A stretch of DNA of 64,000 nt from Chlorokybus atmophyticus (taxonomy: Eukaryota > Plantae > Mesostigma and Chlorokybus algae). Made by a program: the position numbers and the translations under genes. Positions 11,830-24,840 of this stretch are shown piece by piece (position 1 is the stretch's first letter; every line of letters begins with the position of its first letter). The notes below the pieces were generated by a model that was not told where the DNA came from, made no database searches, and saw only the letters and a program-made list of their open reading frames with translations. The stretch covers positions 1,063,076 through 1,127,075 of the forward strand of contig RHPI01002503.1 in assembly GCA_009103225.1 (NCBI GenBank). Direction: 5' to 3'.

Positions 11830-14220
11830 CTGTCTCATAGGCTGCACTGGACAGTGCCGCCTATGAGCCCGCCTAAGAGCCCGCCTCATAAGCTTTGCTG
11901 CACAGTGCGGTCCATAAGGCCAATCTTTAAGTATGAACATGCATGGGCGTGCACATTCACACATAAGTGATGTCGAATGTCTCATATAACGTACGCACGC
12001 ACGCGCATGAGCGTGCGTGCGCATGCACACTCAGCGTACCTTTAATTTGGAGAGCACGAGCAGCTGGGGCGAGGTAGTGCTTGCATATATAGAGCCGTGC
12101 ACTACAATCTGCTCTCTTCTCGCAGCGGGCTGATTGCTAGCTAGGGCAGTCGGCGTACCTGCACGTGTGCATGCGGTCGCGCATGCACGTGCGCATGTTC
12201 GCATGCTTGCGTGTGCGTGTGCGCATCTTATTAAGGAGGAAGAGGAGGGCNNNNNNNNNNNNNNNNNNNNNNNNNNNNNNNNNNNNNNNNNNNNNNNNNN
12301 NNNNNNNNNNNNNNNNNNNNNNNNNNNNNNNNNNNNNNNNNNNNNNNNNNNNNNNNNNNNNNNNNNNNNNNNNNNNNNNNNNNNNNNNNNNNNNNNNNNN
12401 NNNNNNNNNNNNNNNNNNNNNNNNNNNNNNNNNNNNNNNNNNNNNNNNNNNNNNNNNNNNNNNNNNNNNNNNNNNNNNNNNNNNNNNNNNNNNNNNNNNN
12501 NNNNNNNNNNNNNNNNNNNGGGGGGGGGGAACACCTGTTCTTGTGCTTAGTGTATACGCAGAACTGGCTCATGGGCCGCACTGTCCACTGTGGCCTACGA
12601 GCCAGCTTATGGTGGCTCGTAGGCGGCACGGAGCCGCCTATGAGACCGTCTCTATAGTCTGTGAGCCAATGTTAACAAATGTGTGTATGTGTGTAAGTGC
12701 ATGCACGAGTGATAAAGAGCCCAGCAAGTGTAAGACAGAGCAAGACAACATGCGTGTACAATATGTGTGCGCAAACGCACGCGCACGAGTGATCGTTTGC
12801 GCACACATATCCTCGCCCTTCCCTATCCTTCCCCCTCTACTCACCTGCTGTTCAGCTGTTGCACCTCGCTGTAGCAGCTCCCACATGCAATCTTGCGCCC
12901 TCCAAAGAGCAGCAGCGTCGGGCTCCCACCAGCGGTGATGCCTTGGAGCATCATAGACTCTAAAGGTGATGTTCACCAGCGCGCTACTGGCCTTGCGCAA
13001 CGTCGTGGGCAAACACTCCGCAGCGGGCTGACCATGTGTCCTGTAGGGGACAGGTAAGTAAGCATGTGAATACACATACATGTTAAGCCGCCAAGAGTCA
13101 CACATGCATAAGCATGCATGCACGCGCACCACATGCCTGGTGTGTGTTGCATTGCAGCATGTAGCTGTGCTCTTGACGTGTGAAGACACACAAAAACAAT
13201 TGCAAGCTAGGCAGTGCCGTCTGTGCGCCCATTATGGCAACCGCCTCATAGGCTGCACTGATCAGCCTATGAGCCCGCCTCATAGGCTGCACTGTTCAGT
13301 GCAGCCTATGAATCAGCCTGAGGCGGTTGCTACTACAACGGCCTCATAAGCTACACTGGACAGTGCGGACTAAAAGGTTAATTACGAGTATGTGTACTTG
13401 TGTATGTGCGTTTGTCACACAGAAATACATGTATACTTGCAGGCGCGTGCGTGTAAGCCCCCTCCTCCCCCCTCCCCCCCCCCTTTCCTCTTGCCTTACC
13501 CCTCCGCTTACCTTGCCAAGGTACCTGTGGTTCAGCAGCACCTGCTTGCAATGCCCTCCAGTCCCGCGTCTTGCAAACAAAAGTAGCATCAAGCCCGACA
13601 GTGGTGCCCCGGATCACCACTGCAGTGCTGCCCTTGCGCGGCGTCAGGGGAAGGCCCTGTTTGTCACACACATTTGCACGTGCGTGTATAATAAACAAAG
13701 TGCAAGGATTGTGGCATGTGTGATAAAGAACACTTGGGCTAGCATGCGCATGCCTGTGCGGACAATGCGCTCCATGAGCCCAATTGTAGGTGTGTGTGTG
13801 CACATGCACACGTGCACGCACACTCATGCGGGTGCGCACACACACGCTCATTGCACCTCAGGGCTTTGAAGATGGTGATGGAGTGCACGGGAAGCTAGGG
13901 CAAGGTAGTGCTTGCGCACGCAAAGCTGTGCGCACCAAAGTTCTCTCTTTTCAGCACCGTGTTGCTGATTGCCAGCTTGGGGGCAGTCCGTGTACCGCGT
14001 GTGCGCGCGCGTTATGCGTGCTTGTATGTGTGTGCGTGCGCATCTTTTTGAAAAGGACGAGATAGGGGAAGGGGGGGGGGGGGAGGGGGCTGTTCACATG
14101 CGTGTGTACATGCAAAACTGCCTCATAGACCGCACTCTCCAGTGCGGCCTAGGAGACAACCTACAACAATTGGCTCATAGACCGCACTGGACAGTGCGGT
14201 CTATGAGCCAAACAGGAACC
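11830..14220. repeat. Diverged ~0.7-0.9 kb repeat units marked by clusters of CTCATAG...CTATGAG hairpins
   Basis: Hairpins at about 11834, 12566, 13244, 13280-13311 (15-bp stem), 14122 and 14172-14209 (perfect 18-bp stem, 2-nt loop). Segments 12030-12250 and 13850-14080 are homologous. Confidence 0.75.
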
Positions 14221-15875
14221 AGTGCGTGCACGCATTGCAGCTTGACCCAGTGCGTGCATGCATGCAAGTACACTTTTTCTTGTGTACGTACGTGCATGTA
14301 TCACGAAGAGCGCATGTGTACTTGCACGCGTACATTGCTTGCATGTGTGCGTGCATATGCTTGCACTCCCTCCCCCCCNACCGGTCACCTTGAGGTCCAG
14401 GTGCTCCTAGTTGCAGCTCTCCCCGGTCCCGCACCCTGCGAAGAGCAGCCCAGTGTGGTCCCGGTGGAGGAAGCTGGGTAGGAGCTCTCAGTTGATGCAT
14501 GCGGCATGCGTGCGCAGCGAGTGCATGCACCGAAGGTGCTACTTGCAGTATAGTAGACGGTAAGGGAGGAAGATGCACGCGAGGTGGAAAGTGCGCATGT
14601 GTAAGCGCGTGCTTGTTTGAGAGAGAGCTGGAGAAAGCTCCCCCTCCTCTCCCCTTCTCTCCCCTTCTATACGTGCACCTGATGCTGGCAGGCACGCTCA
14701 GTGTGTACGGCCGTTGATGAGCGTTTAATAATGCAACTGTGCATATGCGTGCTAGCTATATAATTTTTGTGTGAAGCTGTGCCAGGCCAGGCCGCTCCTT
14801 TCTTCCCCACACAGCCAAGCAGCTTGCAACCCTCTGTGATGATGTGTTGGGAAGCGCACGTGACCGCACTGGATAATTGTGGGGCCTGCTGACTAACTCC
14901 CGCAGCAGCCGGCCTGCTAGTGGAGATGACACTGGGTTAGAGCACAGCCATAAACGCATCAAGCACTGTTCGTCGCCCATCAGCACAACACCGCAAGCAA
15001 GAGCGTACGCATGCGGGTGGCCTTGCACATGCAAAGCACACAGTTAACGTGGCTGTGGAGCAGAAGCACGCGCAACAAACATACCACTAAGTAGAGTGAC
15101 ACAGTGAGACGCGTGCACGCACGGCCACTGTGAGCTAATTACATGCATAAATGCAGGTGTGGAAGCCAGCTCTGCGTGTGTTCTTGTGCTTATGTGCTTG
15201 CTGAGACAATTAAGCAACTTGCCAAGCTTTCACATGAAGCACAATAACATCAACGCTAACAACAACATCAATTACGAGTTTAACAACAAACATCAACATC
15301 AGCAAGTGGAAACGATGCTGGGAACAGCCGCTGCTCCTGCTGCAGCGCTAGTGGTAGTGCGTTGCAGTGCATTGGCAGCAGCTGCTGCCATACAGCCGCT
15401 GCAATCCGTGGCCAGTAAGGCCATTCGATGGTAGCTGCAGCTTCAAGTAGGGTTACGGCATACTTATGTCATGTACATAATCACGTCACGCCATGGTAAG
15501 CTGCTGCAACAGTACCGATGCTGCAGCAACGGCAGAGGGGGGGGGCTACACGGCTACNCTGTCAACATCGAGCTGAGCTGTAGAAACTCTAATATAACAA
15601 CTATCAGCCACCGCACGCTTACCCATGGGCGAATGTGTGCAGCACAGCAACACACCCTTGTCCTATACGCTCAGCGACAGTATGAGACGGTGGGACTTAC
15701 CGGCTGCAAAGTGCTTGGGTCAATTGTGTACTCTCAATCTCCTACCCTTTCCCCTATCCTCCCCCGCTGTCAGCAGCACGCAGGCGCCACCAGTTCCGCC
15801 GCCTCCAGCTTGTGGACGGCATCACCGTCAGTAGAGGCTGCAAGGCAGTGCATGGTGTAGCCGGCTTGGACTTAT

Positions 15876-16850
15876 CTTGTGCTTACACCTGTACTTGCTG
15901 ACGTGTGCAAGTAGTCGCGAGCCGCGACTTGCTCACGTCAGCAAGTAAGCACAAGCTCAGCTACCCTGGTCCGTACGCTGCACTGCGTGCAGTGCGGTAC
16001 AGTCTACCCCCGTTATAAGAATCACGTTTATCTTTCAGCTTTTCATTCCACTAACGGGGTTATTCTCTTGGCGCTTATAAGATTATATATTCTTTTATCG
16101 TTTGAAGAATATATATTCTGGTAATGGGGTTATCGACCGATGACCTCAAGCCACATCATCATTTGCTGACGTGGCAAAATATGGATTCAGATTTTCTTTA
16201 TTAAATCATACAAAATAATATATAAACCTAATGATTTGATTCTATTTTTATATAATTATCCCAATATCAACAAGACAATCACGCTATTAACAAAGTACTC
16301 CCCCGTTACAAGACTGAGCCCACTTAAATTTTCAAGCCTTCTCTTTAGTCTTATTACGTACAAGACTATTCCACTAACCGAAGATATTTGCCTGTAAAAC
16401 CATTGGTCCTTTGATAATCCATGATCTTAGCGGGGTTATTCCCTTAAAGCGAAGTCTTTTAACGGGGGTAGACTGTACCACGCGTCTAGCGCACAGCACA
16501 AGTTGATACAGTGGTACATTGTGCCGCACAGCACGTATCAGGTGTGGTGCGTTGTGCGTTGCGCCGTACACGCGGTACCGCGGCTGCTGCGGTTCGTAAC
16601 TTGCCAGGGGTGCGACCAGCCCTGAGCCTCTTGACCGAACGGCGTACTGTACCAGTGGTGTACTGGTTTTGCAAGCCGCGGGACACGCGACCAGCCCTGG
16701 TTCGGTCAGTTGAACCAAACCGGCGGGCTCCTGGGCCAGACCACCGGTGGTCCGATCACGGCGGACCAGTCGTGGCACTGGTACACTGAGCCGTGCCAGA
16801 CATGGCCTGCGCGCCGCCTTCGACTGGTCCGCGCGTAAAAAGCCCTGTGA
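15876..16850. mobile_element. Putative non-autonomous DNA element with a long left hairpin and GGACCAG-rich right part, interrupted by a MITE
   Basis: Fold-back 15876-15955 (CTTGTGCTTA/TAAGCACAAG, TACTTGCTGACGTG/CACGTCAGCAAGTA). Repeated GACCAGCCCTG motifs, and motifs shared with 318-545. Confidence 0.5.
16000..16475. mobile_element. Tc1/mariner-type MITE
   Basis: TIRs CAGTCTACCCCCGTTA(T/A)AAGA at both ends, TA target duplication (15998-15999 and 16476-16477), AT-rich non-coding interior. Confidence 0.9.
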
Positions 16851-17780
16851 AAATCTATGGAAAACCCCACATTAAGATTACTACAAACTATATCGAGGTA
16901 TTAAGCTGCCACCCATCACTAAAAACACATCTGCAGCAAGAGTTACGAACTCTTGTTTCCAACTTAACGAAGCGATAAAGTCATTTACTTGCTGTAGCCT
17001 ACTAGCCAAGCTGTAATGGCCTACTGGCTGCAGGATGTTATCAAGCCCTTGATTGAGTTCGAAAGTGGCAATGCTCGAGGTCTCTACTGAAGAAGGCGAA
17101 ATTCGGAAAATCAACCTGACGGAGGCGCTGTTCAAGGGCTTTCCTCTGAACGTCCTGCGCGACACATTCAGAACCAGCGGCCTGCAGCTGAGCCTGATGA
17201 ACGCTACCCTCCCCACCGGTCAGTACACTCCCAGTGCAAACACTGCCATGCATTGTTGCCAGTGGTTGTCTACTTGTTGTGTAAACTGTAACGTCAACTC
17301 CCTGCTGAGCCTGAGTCTGACTTTTCTATTGTTGCGCAGGTGTCATTGAGGGCAACATTCTTACCTGCAAGAAGGAGTTTGCCAGCTACCAGCCCACCTT
17401 CCCTCGCGCATAGAAGACGTGATGTCTCTCTTGCGGCTTTGTTGTCTTAGTGTCTGGTTTGACAGAGTATCAGAGGTAGCACCTCCATCCCATCTGAGAG
17501 TAATAGTTCATTTCTACTCAGGTGCTTGATACTTAGCTATGAATGAAAGTATTGCAACCAACAGTTCTTGCATGCAGTTTGCATATAAGCTTGTGTACGT
17601 GCACTGACACAGCTTGTGCTGGTTGTGGGCACTCTACCTCTATGCATTGTCTTGGCTAATCTATCCAGCCTCTGTCCAAGTTCTGTAGCATAAGTGACAC
17701 GTGAGCAAAGGTCAATCCCACTGTTCTCTGGCATCGAGATGGTCCAGTTACCACTACTCAATAGCTGGCTAGTGACAATG

Positions 17781-18414
<634 letters not shown>

Positions 18415-19591
18415 GACGTGGGTGAGCACGTCAGGGTCACGTGGGCAACGTTAGGTGACCGTGTGTTCAAGCAGAGAACTGGAGACCGTGTGTGTAAACA
18501 GAGAAGTTGAGAGCGTGTATAAAGGTTTTAAGGGCAACTGAGTGCGGCTGCTGCGTCTGTCAATCTACTAGAGTGACAGATGTTGAACAATGCTGTACAT
18601 TGACGCAATCCTCGGAAGTGGTGTAGTGCGTGTGTGTGGAGTTGTGCATCACTGTGTTTGTTGTACAGGATATGCGCGAGACAATTGGCGACATGCATGA
18701 CGTCACAACAGCATAGCATACCAACCAGCATGCAAACACAGTCACATACACCACCACCGGGCTATATTGTGTTACGGTGATAGGCACGGATGTATTAGTA
18801 GTGCAGCCTTCTGGCGCTTGTCGTAATAGAGTCATAAACATGATATACATTATACAGATGTACACAGGCACATCCCAGCTAGGTGCCCGCTATGACTGCA
18901 TACTGGCACAGGTGAGGCGCTGCCTTCCTTGATGCTACTCCTGCCTGGCGGGCTGCTGTGGGTTCCGGCCCAGCGCACTACTACCATAACCCTCTATGAC
19001 ATTCAGACGCAAGCGTTTGGCTGCTACCATTGTTGTTGCTGCACCCTAACACTCACCTCCCATCCCCAACACCACCACCCCAACCCCTCACCGGCCCTGC
19101 TCCTGCCTGCATTGCCCATTGACTGTGCATGCTGTGATAGTCACACCCCTCTAGTATCAAGGACATACAAGCGATAGTTGTTGCATGCATGTCTCACAGC
19201 TACCATGTGGCTAGGCTGTGGTCTTCGCGTCCAGTCTTGCTATAGTCTGCTCCAGGCTTGCGCATGTACACTTGTGAATACTAGTGTTGCTGCAAGAAGC
19301 ACACACCAATGGCGCCCAGAAGTGGGTGATACGTGAGGTGACTGATTACCTTTGTAGCATGTTAAGTGCTGAACTGCATGTTGTGCTATTGTATGACGAG
19401 CTTAGGCACAGCAGAATCGGTTCATGGCGCATCTCACTTACTTGTCAAACATTCGTTACATACACCATGTGAGTTATTCCAACCCCATGATGTGGTATAG
19501 CAGGCGCACCCTAAACTGGTAGTGTACTACATCAATTGCCAACCCTACTGCTGTTGTACAGGTTACAACTAAATGGAGGCATATACGTAAT

Positions 19592-22048
19592 TCATAGAGT
19601 GCTAGTGTAATCACAACGGCGCAGTTCACCATTCTTCAACGCACGAACTGCAACACGCACCTGACCTACGCAACCGAGCTGCTTCAACCGATCCACCTCA
19701 CTACACAGGGCTCCTGACGACGAGCCCTCATCCATAGCCCTGCCTTCCAATTCTGACACATAGTCGGAAACATCCAGCTGCACGCCAACATAGAAAGCCA
19801 CCTGCAATGGAGTGGCCACGGTTGCAATGCAACTGGCTGAAGGCATTTTGAGAGCAACGCCTCACACAAAGCTCTTTCAGCATTCACAAGAGCGTACTAC
19901 AGTACATTGCGTACATACCTTCCCATCAGAACTCCGTACAGGCGCGATATGTAGGTGGTTCCAGAATGATGCTCCATTCTTCCTGTAATTGAGCAGACGG
20001 ACCGTGCAAGGCTTTGCAGCTTTCACTGCTTCGCGCAACTTGGCAACCTCCTGAGGGTCGGTTCCGGGACCTTGCAAGAAGCGGCAGTTGCGCCCCACTA
20101 CCTCCTCGCGAGAATAGCCTGCATTGCAGGTACCAGTGCTTAAACAGATGCACATGTGTGACAAGTCACGCTTGCAGCCTTCAACCAGCCAAACCACCAC
20201 CAAGACATGCACTAAGTACTCACCTGACATCCTGCAGAACACATCGCTGGCGTGTATGATTGGACAATCATTCAAATTGGGGTCCGACCTGCAATGAGGT
20301 GTTAAGCTAAATAGTGAGCACAGACTCACTCTGATCTAAGAGTTGCCTGAACCTATGCAATGAAATGGAACTCACAAGACAAAGCTTTGCTGGATCCGTG
20401 TCAGGGACAGAAGAAGAGAAGAGCTGACAGACGGGACCGTGACCGGTTTTCTCAACCCTTCCCTGGCCAACTCCTCCTCGACATGGCTGATAGAGTGCAC
20501 TACCCTGTCTGATGTAGCCGCTGCCATGTCGCCGGTCTGCGCTCCTATGGCTTCAGGGGCCGTTGGGGCTGCAGGAAAGTTTAAGTCCTCAGCAGAACCA
20601 GAGGGTGCTGTACCGAAGCCATGCTGGGCCTCCGGCTCAGGTTCGGGCTCATGCTCCAGACTGTGGAAGGTACTAAGGCGGTGACTATCTATGGCTGCAA
20701 AGGCGAAGGCAACGCCCTGATGCCCAACTTGCTTGCAAAGGGGTGATAGATCAGTTTGAACACCAACGAAGAACAACACCTTCCCTTGAGTATCGTAAAC
20801 CTGCGATGATGTCAGAAGTATGTGTTATAGTTTGCAACGTCCCCCACCCATGCTACTTCTACTGTACTTACTGCAGACATGTGGAACAAGTTCCAAAATT
20901 TTCTCCCATCCTTGCGGTAGTTCAAGATGCGAACCTGTAACAAACCAGTGAGTCATACACACAGGCACCTGCAAAGTGAATGTACGCAGCAGCCCTACAA
21001 ACTCAGCCTGTACTACTTACCTGGCATGCACGCTCCTCGCGGATAGCATCTCGTATCTCTAATACTGCTCGCCTATCCGTTTCTGGCCCCTGTTGCATGG
21101 AACGACATAAGTGCGGCGAGGAATCAGGCTGCACGTGGCACATTCCAGTACCATCACAAGCATACCTGCAAGAACCTGCAGTTGCGGCCGATAACCTCAT
21201 GTGGCTCATACCCTGTGAGCTTGAAAAACCCGCCGCTAGCAAAAACAATGGGGTTATCCTGTGTTACACCAAATTCAGTACCGGAAAAGAGCAGACAGGC
21301 ACGCGACGAACACGTGAAAGAATTCCTTCAAACTATGCCCTAACTGGAAGACTGTCAGCAGCGGAACCGCGATCCGCAGTGTTGATTGGCAAGCAAATGC
21401 TGGATGGCAGTGTAACGGACCATTTGCAAACCATTGTACTGCACGCATTGAACAGTATTCTTGCAGTTGGCTGCCTATGTACAGCCCAGCCTAACAAAGA
21501 ACTGCTGCTTGTGAACCTTACACAAGAAATGAGGGCAGACTACAACTGACACTGGCTGAATTCAGCTCCGATCGGAGAGCACCTTCCAGGGCATTCTGGT
21601 AGCAAAACGTACCAACGCAAAGTCCATTGGCAAGCTATGCGCTTCTGAGCGATTCCTATAATGGCAACATTACGCTAGTGCGCTGCACTGTAGCAGCACA
21701 ATCCGTATAATTGAGGCAATAGATAGATGTTACAGAATTGATTAACATTGCTGGTGTAAAAACTGAGACCACAAAAGCCACGCAGCACAAGCTCCCTCGA
21801 AAAAAATCACACAACAGCAGCAAACTGGCCAAAAGATTCCGAGACTTTCCCAAATAAGTAACCACAGAGCTGCTGTGGAATGCTTGTGGACTCACCGCCA
21901 TACGCGGGTTGGACACAGCAAACGTATGGTTCAAGCGGTTGAGCGCGTGCTGCAGCTTGGCCAGCTCAGGGTCATCAGTATTGAGCGCAGCGCCAATGCC
22001 GACAGCCGACAGGCCATCGCTGTCGGAGCTGTGGCCGTCGCTGCCCAT
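19592..22048 (-). CDS. LLP: LOV/LOV (PAS/LOV) blue-light receptor protein, two LOV domains and no kinase
   Basis: Spliced exons give two GRNCRFLQG motifs, [39 protein letters not shown] and a C-terminal [15 protein letters not shown] before the stop at 19592. This matches land-plant PLP/LLP architecture. Confidence 0.9.
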
Positions 22049-22481
22049 CGTGTCAGGCCCAAGCTCCAGGTTACGCAACAACTTACTCACCAGCGACAGC
22101 CACACATCAGATCAGCTTGAAGCACACGACACCTTCAAGACGGCCTAGACCGCCGCCACCACCACCACCACCGTCACCGTCGCCGTCGCTGTGGCTCACA
22201 CACGTCCCTCAAACCCTAATTGATCCGTACTGTTTGCCGTGGCGGTCGTATGCCGACGTGTACCAGTCCAATTTCCAGAGTCCGAATCTGGTTTGATACG
22301 TCCTGATGTGCTTCGGGTCTATCTGATCCGGTTCTGGCGAGAAAGATGACAATTTTTGCATGTACATGTGAAGTATTTCCATTCGTGGCCTGAAGCCTCC
22401 AGGGTGAAGGTGTTGCTTTTGCTGTGTGAACAGCGGTGGCGGCGGCGGTGGGGTGGTGGGGAGCGTCTGTCTCAGCTTTGT

Positions 22482-23898
22482 ATGGACGTTGTTGTTGACG
22501 CTGCCGCCCCCGTCGAGGACACCGTCATTGTGGACGATATCGGGCCGAACGCCACAGTGGACGCTGTAAGGTACCTGTGAAGCAGATTAGCGCGCATGTA
22601 TTTGTATTTGTTGTCTGGCAGAAGCAAGCTTACGTACGCATTGAAGGCATCTTTCGAGTTCAGTATCTGGTCTAAGTTGCCAACATGTATGTGCTTTCAT
22701 GTCTTTCTCTCTGCGTAGGTCAGGTTTCGCTCAATTTGGCAAGGTGAAGGAGAACGGGGTGAGGATCTACCGCCACCCCCTTGACTACAACGTTTGCAGA
22801 GCCTTTGTGACTTTCGAAAACCCCTCTGATGCCGTCAAGGTGCGTGCGTGCGTGTGCATGCGCCCATCTGATGTGACGTGTAAGTATGCATGCATGTTTG
22901 CGTGTATGCTTGGGTGCATGTGTGCGCGCGTGTAGCTGCATGTGCAATCACATTGCACAGTCTGCCATTGAGCTAGTGCATTCTCTCGGGCATTGACCAA
23001 ACTAGCTTGCCATTCTGTGCTCATAGCATTCCAAGCATACACGTGCTCATAGCATTCGTGCAAGTTGCACATCAAGCCACACAGAGCACAACTACTACTC
23101 ATTCATACGACAAATTCTGTGCACACGTGCTGCGACTATCACCAACCTGACCGGTCCTGGCGTGCAACTCGCTGCTTGCAGGTAGTTCAAGAGTTGAAAG
23201 ACAACCTATTCATACTCACCAGCTCGCCGCGCCCGGCCACAGCACGATTGGCACCACGCAAAGACCCTCCCCCTCCTCCTCCTCCCCCTCAAGCAACCGA
23301 TTGTTCCAGAACACTGAGCACAAGCGGGCAGCACAAGGCAGAGGCCGTCAATGCCAGTGACGGTGGCTTCAAGTTCAGGCCCAGGTTTGCAGAGGGTTCT
23401 GAGCTGGCCGCCGCCCGCGAGTGGGTGAAACTGGCGAAACGGCAGCGCCTTGAGAAGTGCATGCTGCAACAAGTGAGTTCATAGTTGGTTCCAGTGCGTG
23501 AGCCTGTTGATCCTTCAATCAAAGGGACGCTCATGGGTGTAAATAGCATATGTGAGATCTGGACAAATCTTTTGTACCTTACCTCTTGTCATGGCATTAT
23601 ATTCTCTTATTTGCAGAGGCATGAGCAGAAGCAGCTTGATTTGCACAAGCAGTGCGTAGCAGAGTTCACGGAGGAGAGAGAGAAGCTGAATGTGGTGCAG
23701 GAGTTAAAGACGGATGATTTGGTTCGGAACATCAACAACCCGCGTGCCTCTCAACTCTACCACTTGCCCCCACCTCCAATACCGTCAATGCCACCCGGAA
23801 ACTGGCACATGGATGCCCCGCAGCCCCATTATCCGATGCCACCGCATGCACCTGGTTTCCCAATGCACCATCCTCATCATTACTTCCCACCCAGATGA
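22482..23898 (+). CDS. RRM plus coiled-coil protein resembling AIPP1/EDM3
   Basis: Four exons (22482-22570, 22719-22840, 23182-23472, 23617-23898). RRM TVIVDDIGP...AFVTFENP...PRPATARLA, then a helical coiled-coil segment and a Pro/His-rich tail. Confidence 0.65.
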
Positions 23899-24419
23899 TT
23901 GTGACTAGCAAGGTATGTTGTTGTGCTGTGAATATGCCTTGGGTTCACATTGCTATGGCAATGAGCACTTGACACACACACACATCAGTAGGGCAAGTTG
24001 GGTATGCCGGGCACGACCACAACAACTACTCTTGGGGCCTTCTAGCTGACCTGCAATGTTAGTGCCATATGTGCAAGTGCAGCTAGAGGCAAGCAGTAGA
24101 AGTCGGCCGGTAACTATTTTGCCGACAATGCGAGTATGGAGTTGTCAGTCATGTGCAATAGCTTGCTATGCAACATCCTATCAGCAATTGATAAAAACCT
24201 TCAGAATATATCAAAGCCAAGCACATGTTGACGCGATGCATATGACAAATAGTGTGCATGCTGTAGTGCATTGGAAAAGTGATTGTTGAGTTGTTAGACG
24301 CATCAAGCACAATAACATTCATGTGTGTACGTCATTGTAAATATTGATAGTATAATTGTTTAAAGTTCTATAGCACGGCATTTCCCCCTTTAAACTATGT
24401 AAAAAGTACAAAGACACAC

Positions 24420-24840
24420 AACCCCAACCCCACCACCCAACCCCACCGCAGCACCTAACTGCCAGCCCCAAACCACAACAGACTGCACTGGCACAGCATG
24501 CGACATTCAGCCACTGACGACCGTGCGGGCAAGTCGCGACAACCTTGCACGCAGTTGCGTACTGCTGACGTTGACACTGCAACCCTAGCAGCGTCAACAG
24601 CAGCAGGGGCGCAGACTGCCAAGAGAGAAGCAGGGCGGCGGGCGGAGAGAGAGCGAGAGAGCAGAGGGAGGGGGAGTCCGTCTGCTTTGTGCTGCTGCCA
24701 CAACTACAGCCACACCGGTGCCTAACTGTGGGGACTCTACTTGTGTACAGGTAGCTACGCATGCATGTTGACTAACGGGGCAAGGGCTTAGCGAAAGTAG
24801 CTACCTAGTTTGTATAGGTAGCCCGGTGGTGTAAGAAGTT
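24420..24840 (+). mobile_element. Non-coding fragment homologous, in opposite orientation, to 61140-61610
   Basis: Near-identical ~44-bp block CCAACCCCACCACCCAACCCC..GCAGCACCTAACTGCCAGC, plus shared CTAACGGGG and AGCCCGGTGGT blocks in the same order. Confidence 0.65.

Noticed and set aside
16881-17349. Possible coding fragment on either strand
   Set aside because: No recognisable motif, stops upstream and no consistent splice model.
19592-22048. Phototropin
   Set aside because: Two LOV domains are present, but the frame stops shortly after LOV2 with an LLP-type C-terminus, and no kinase motifs lie downstream.
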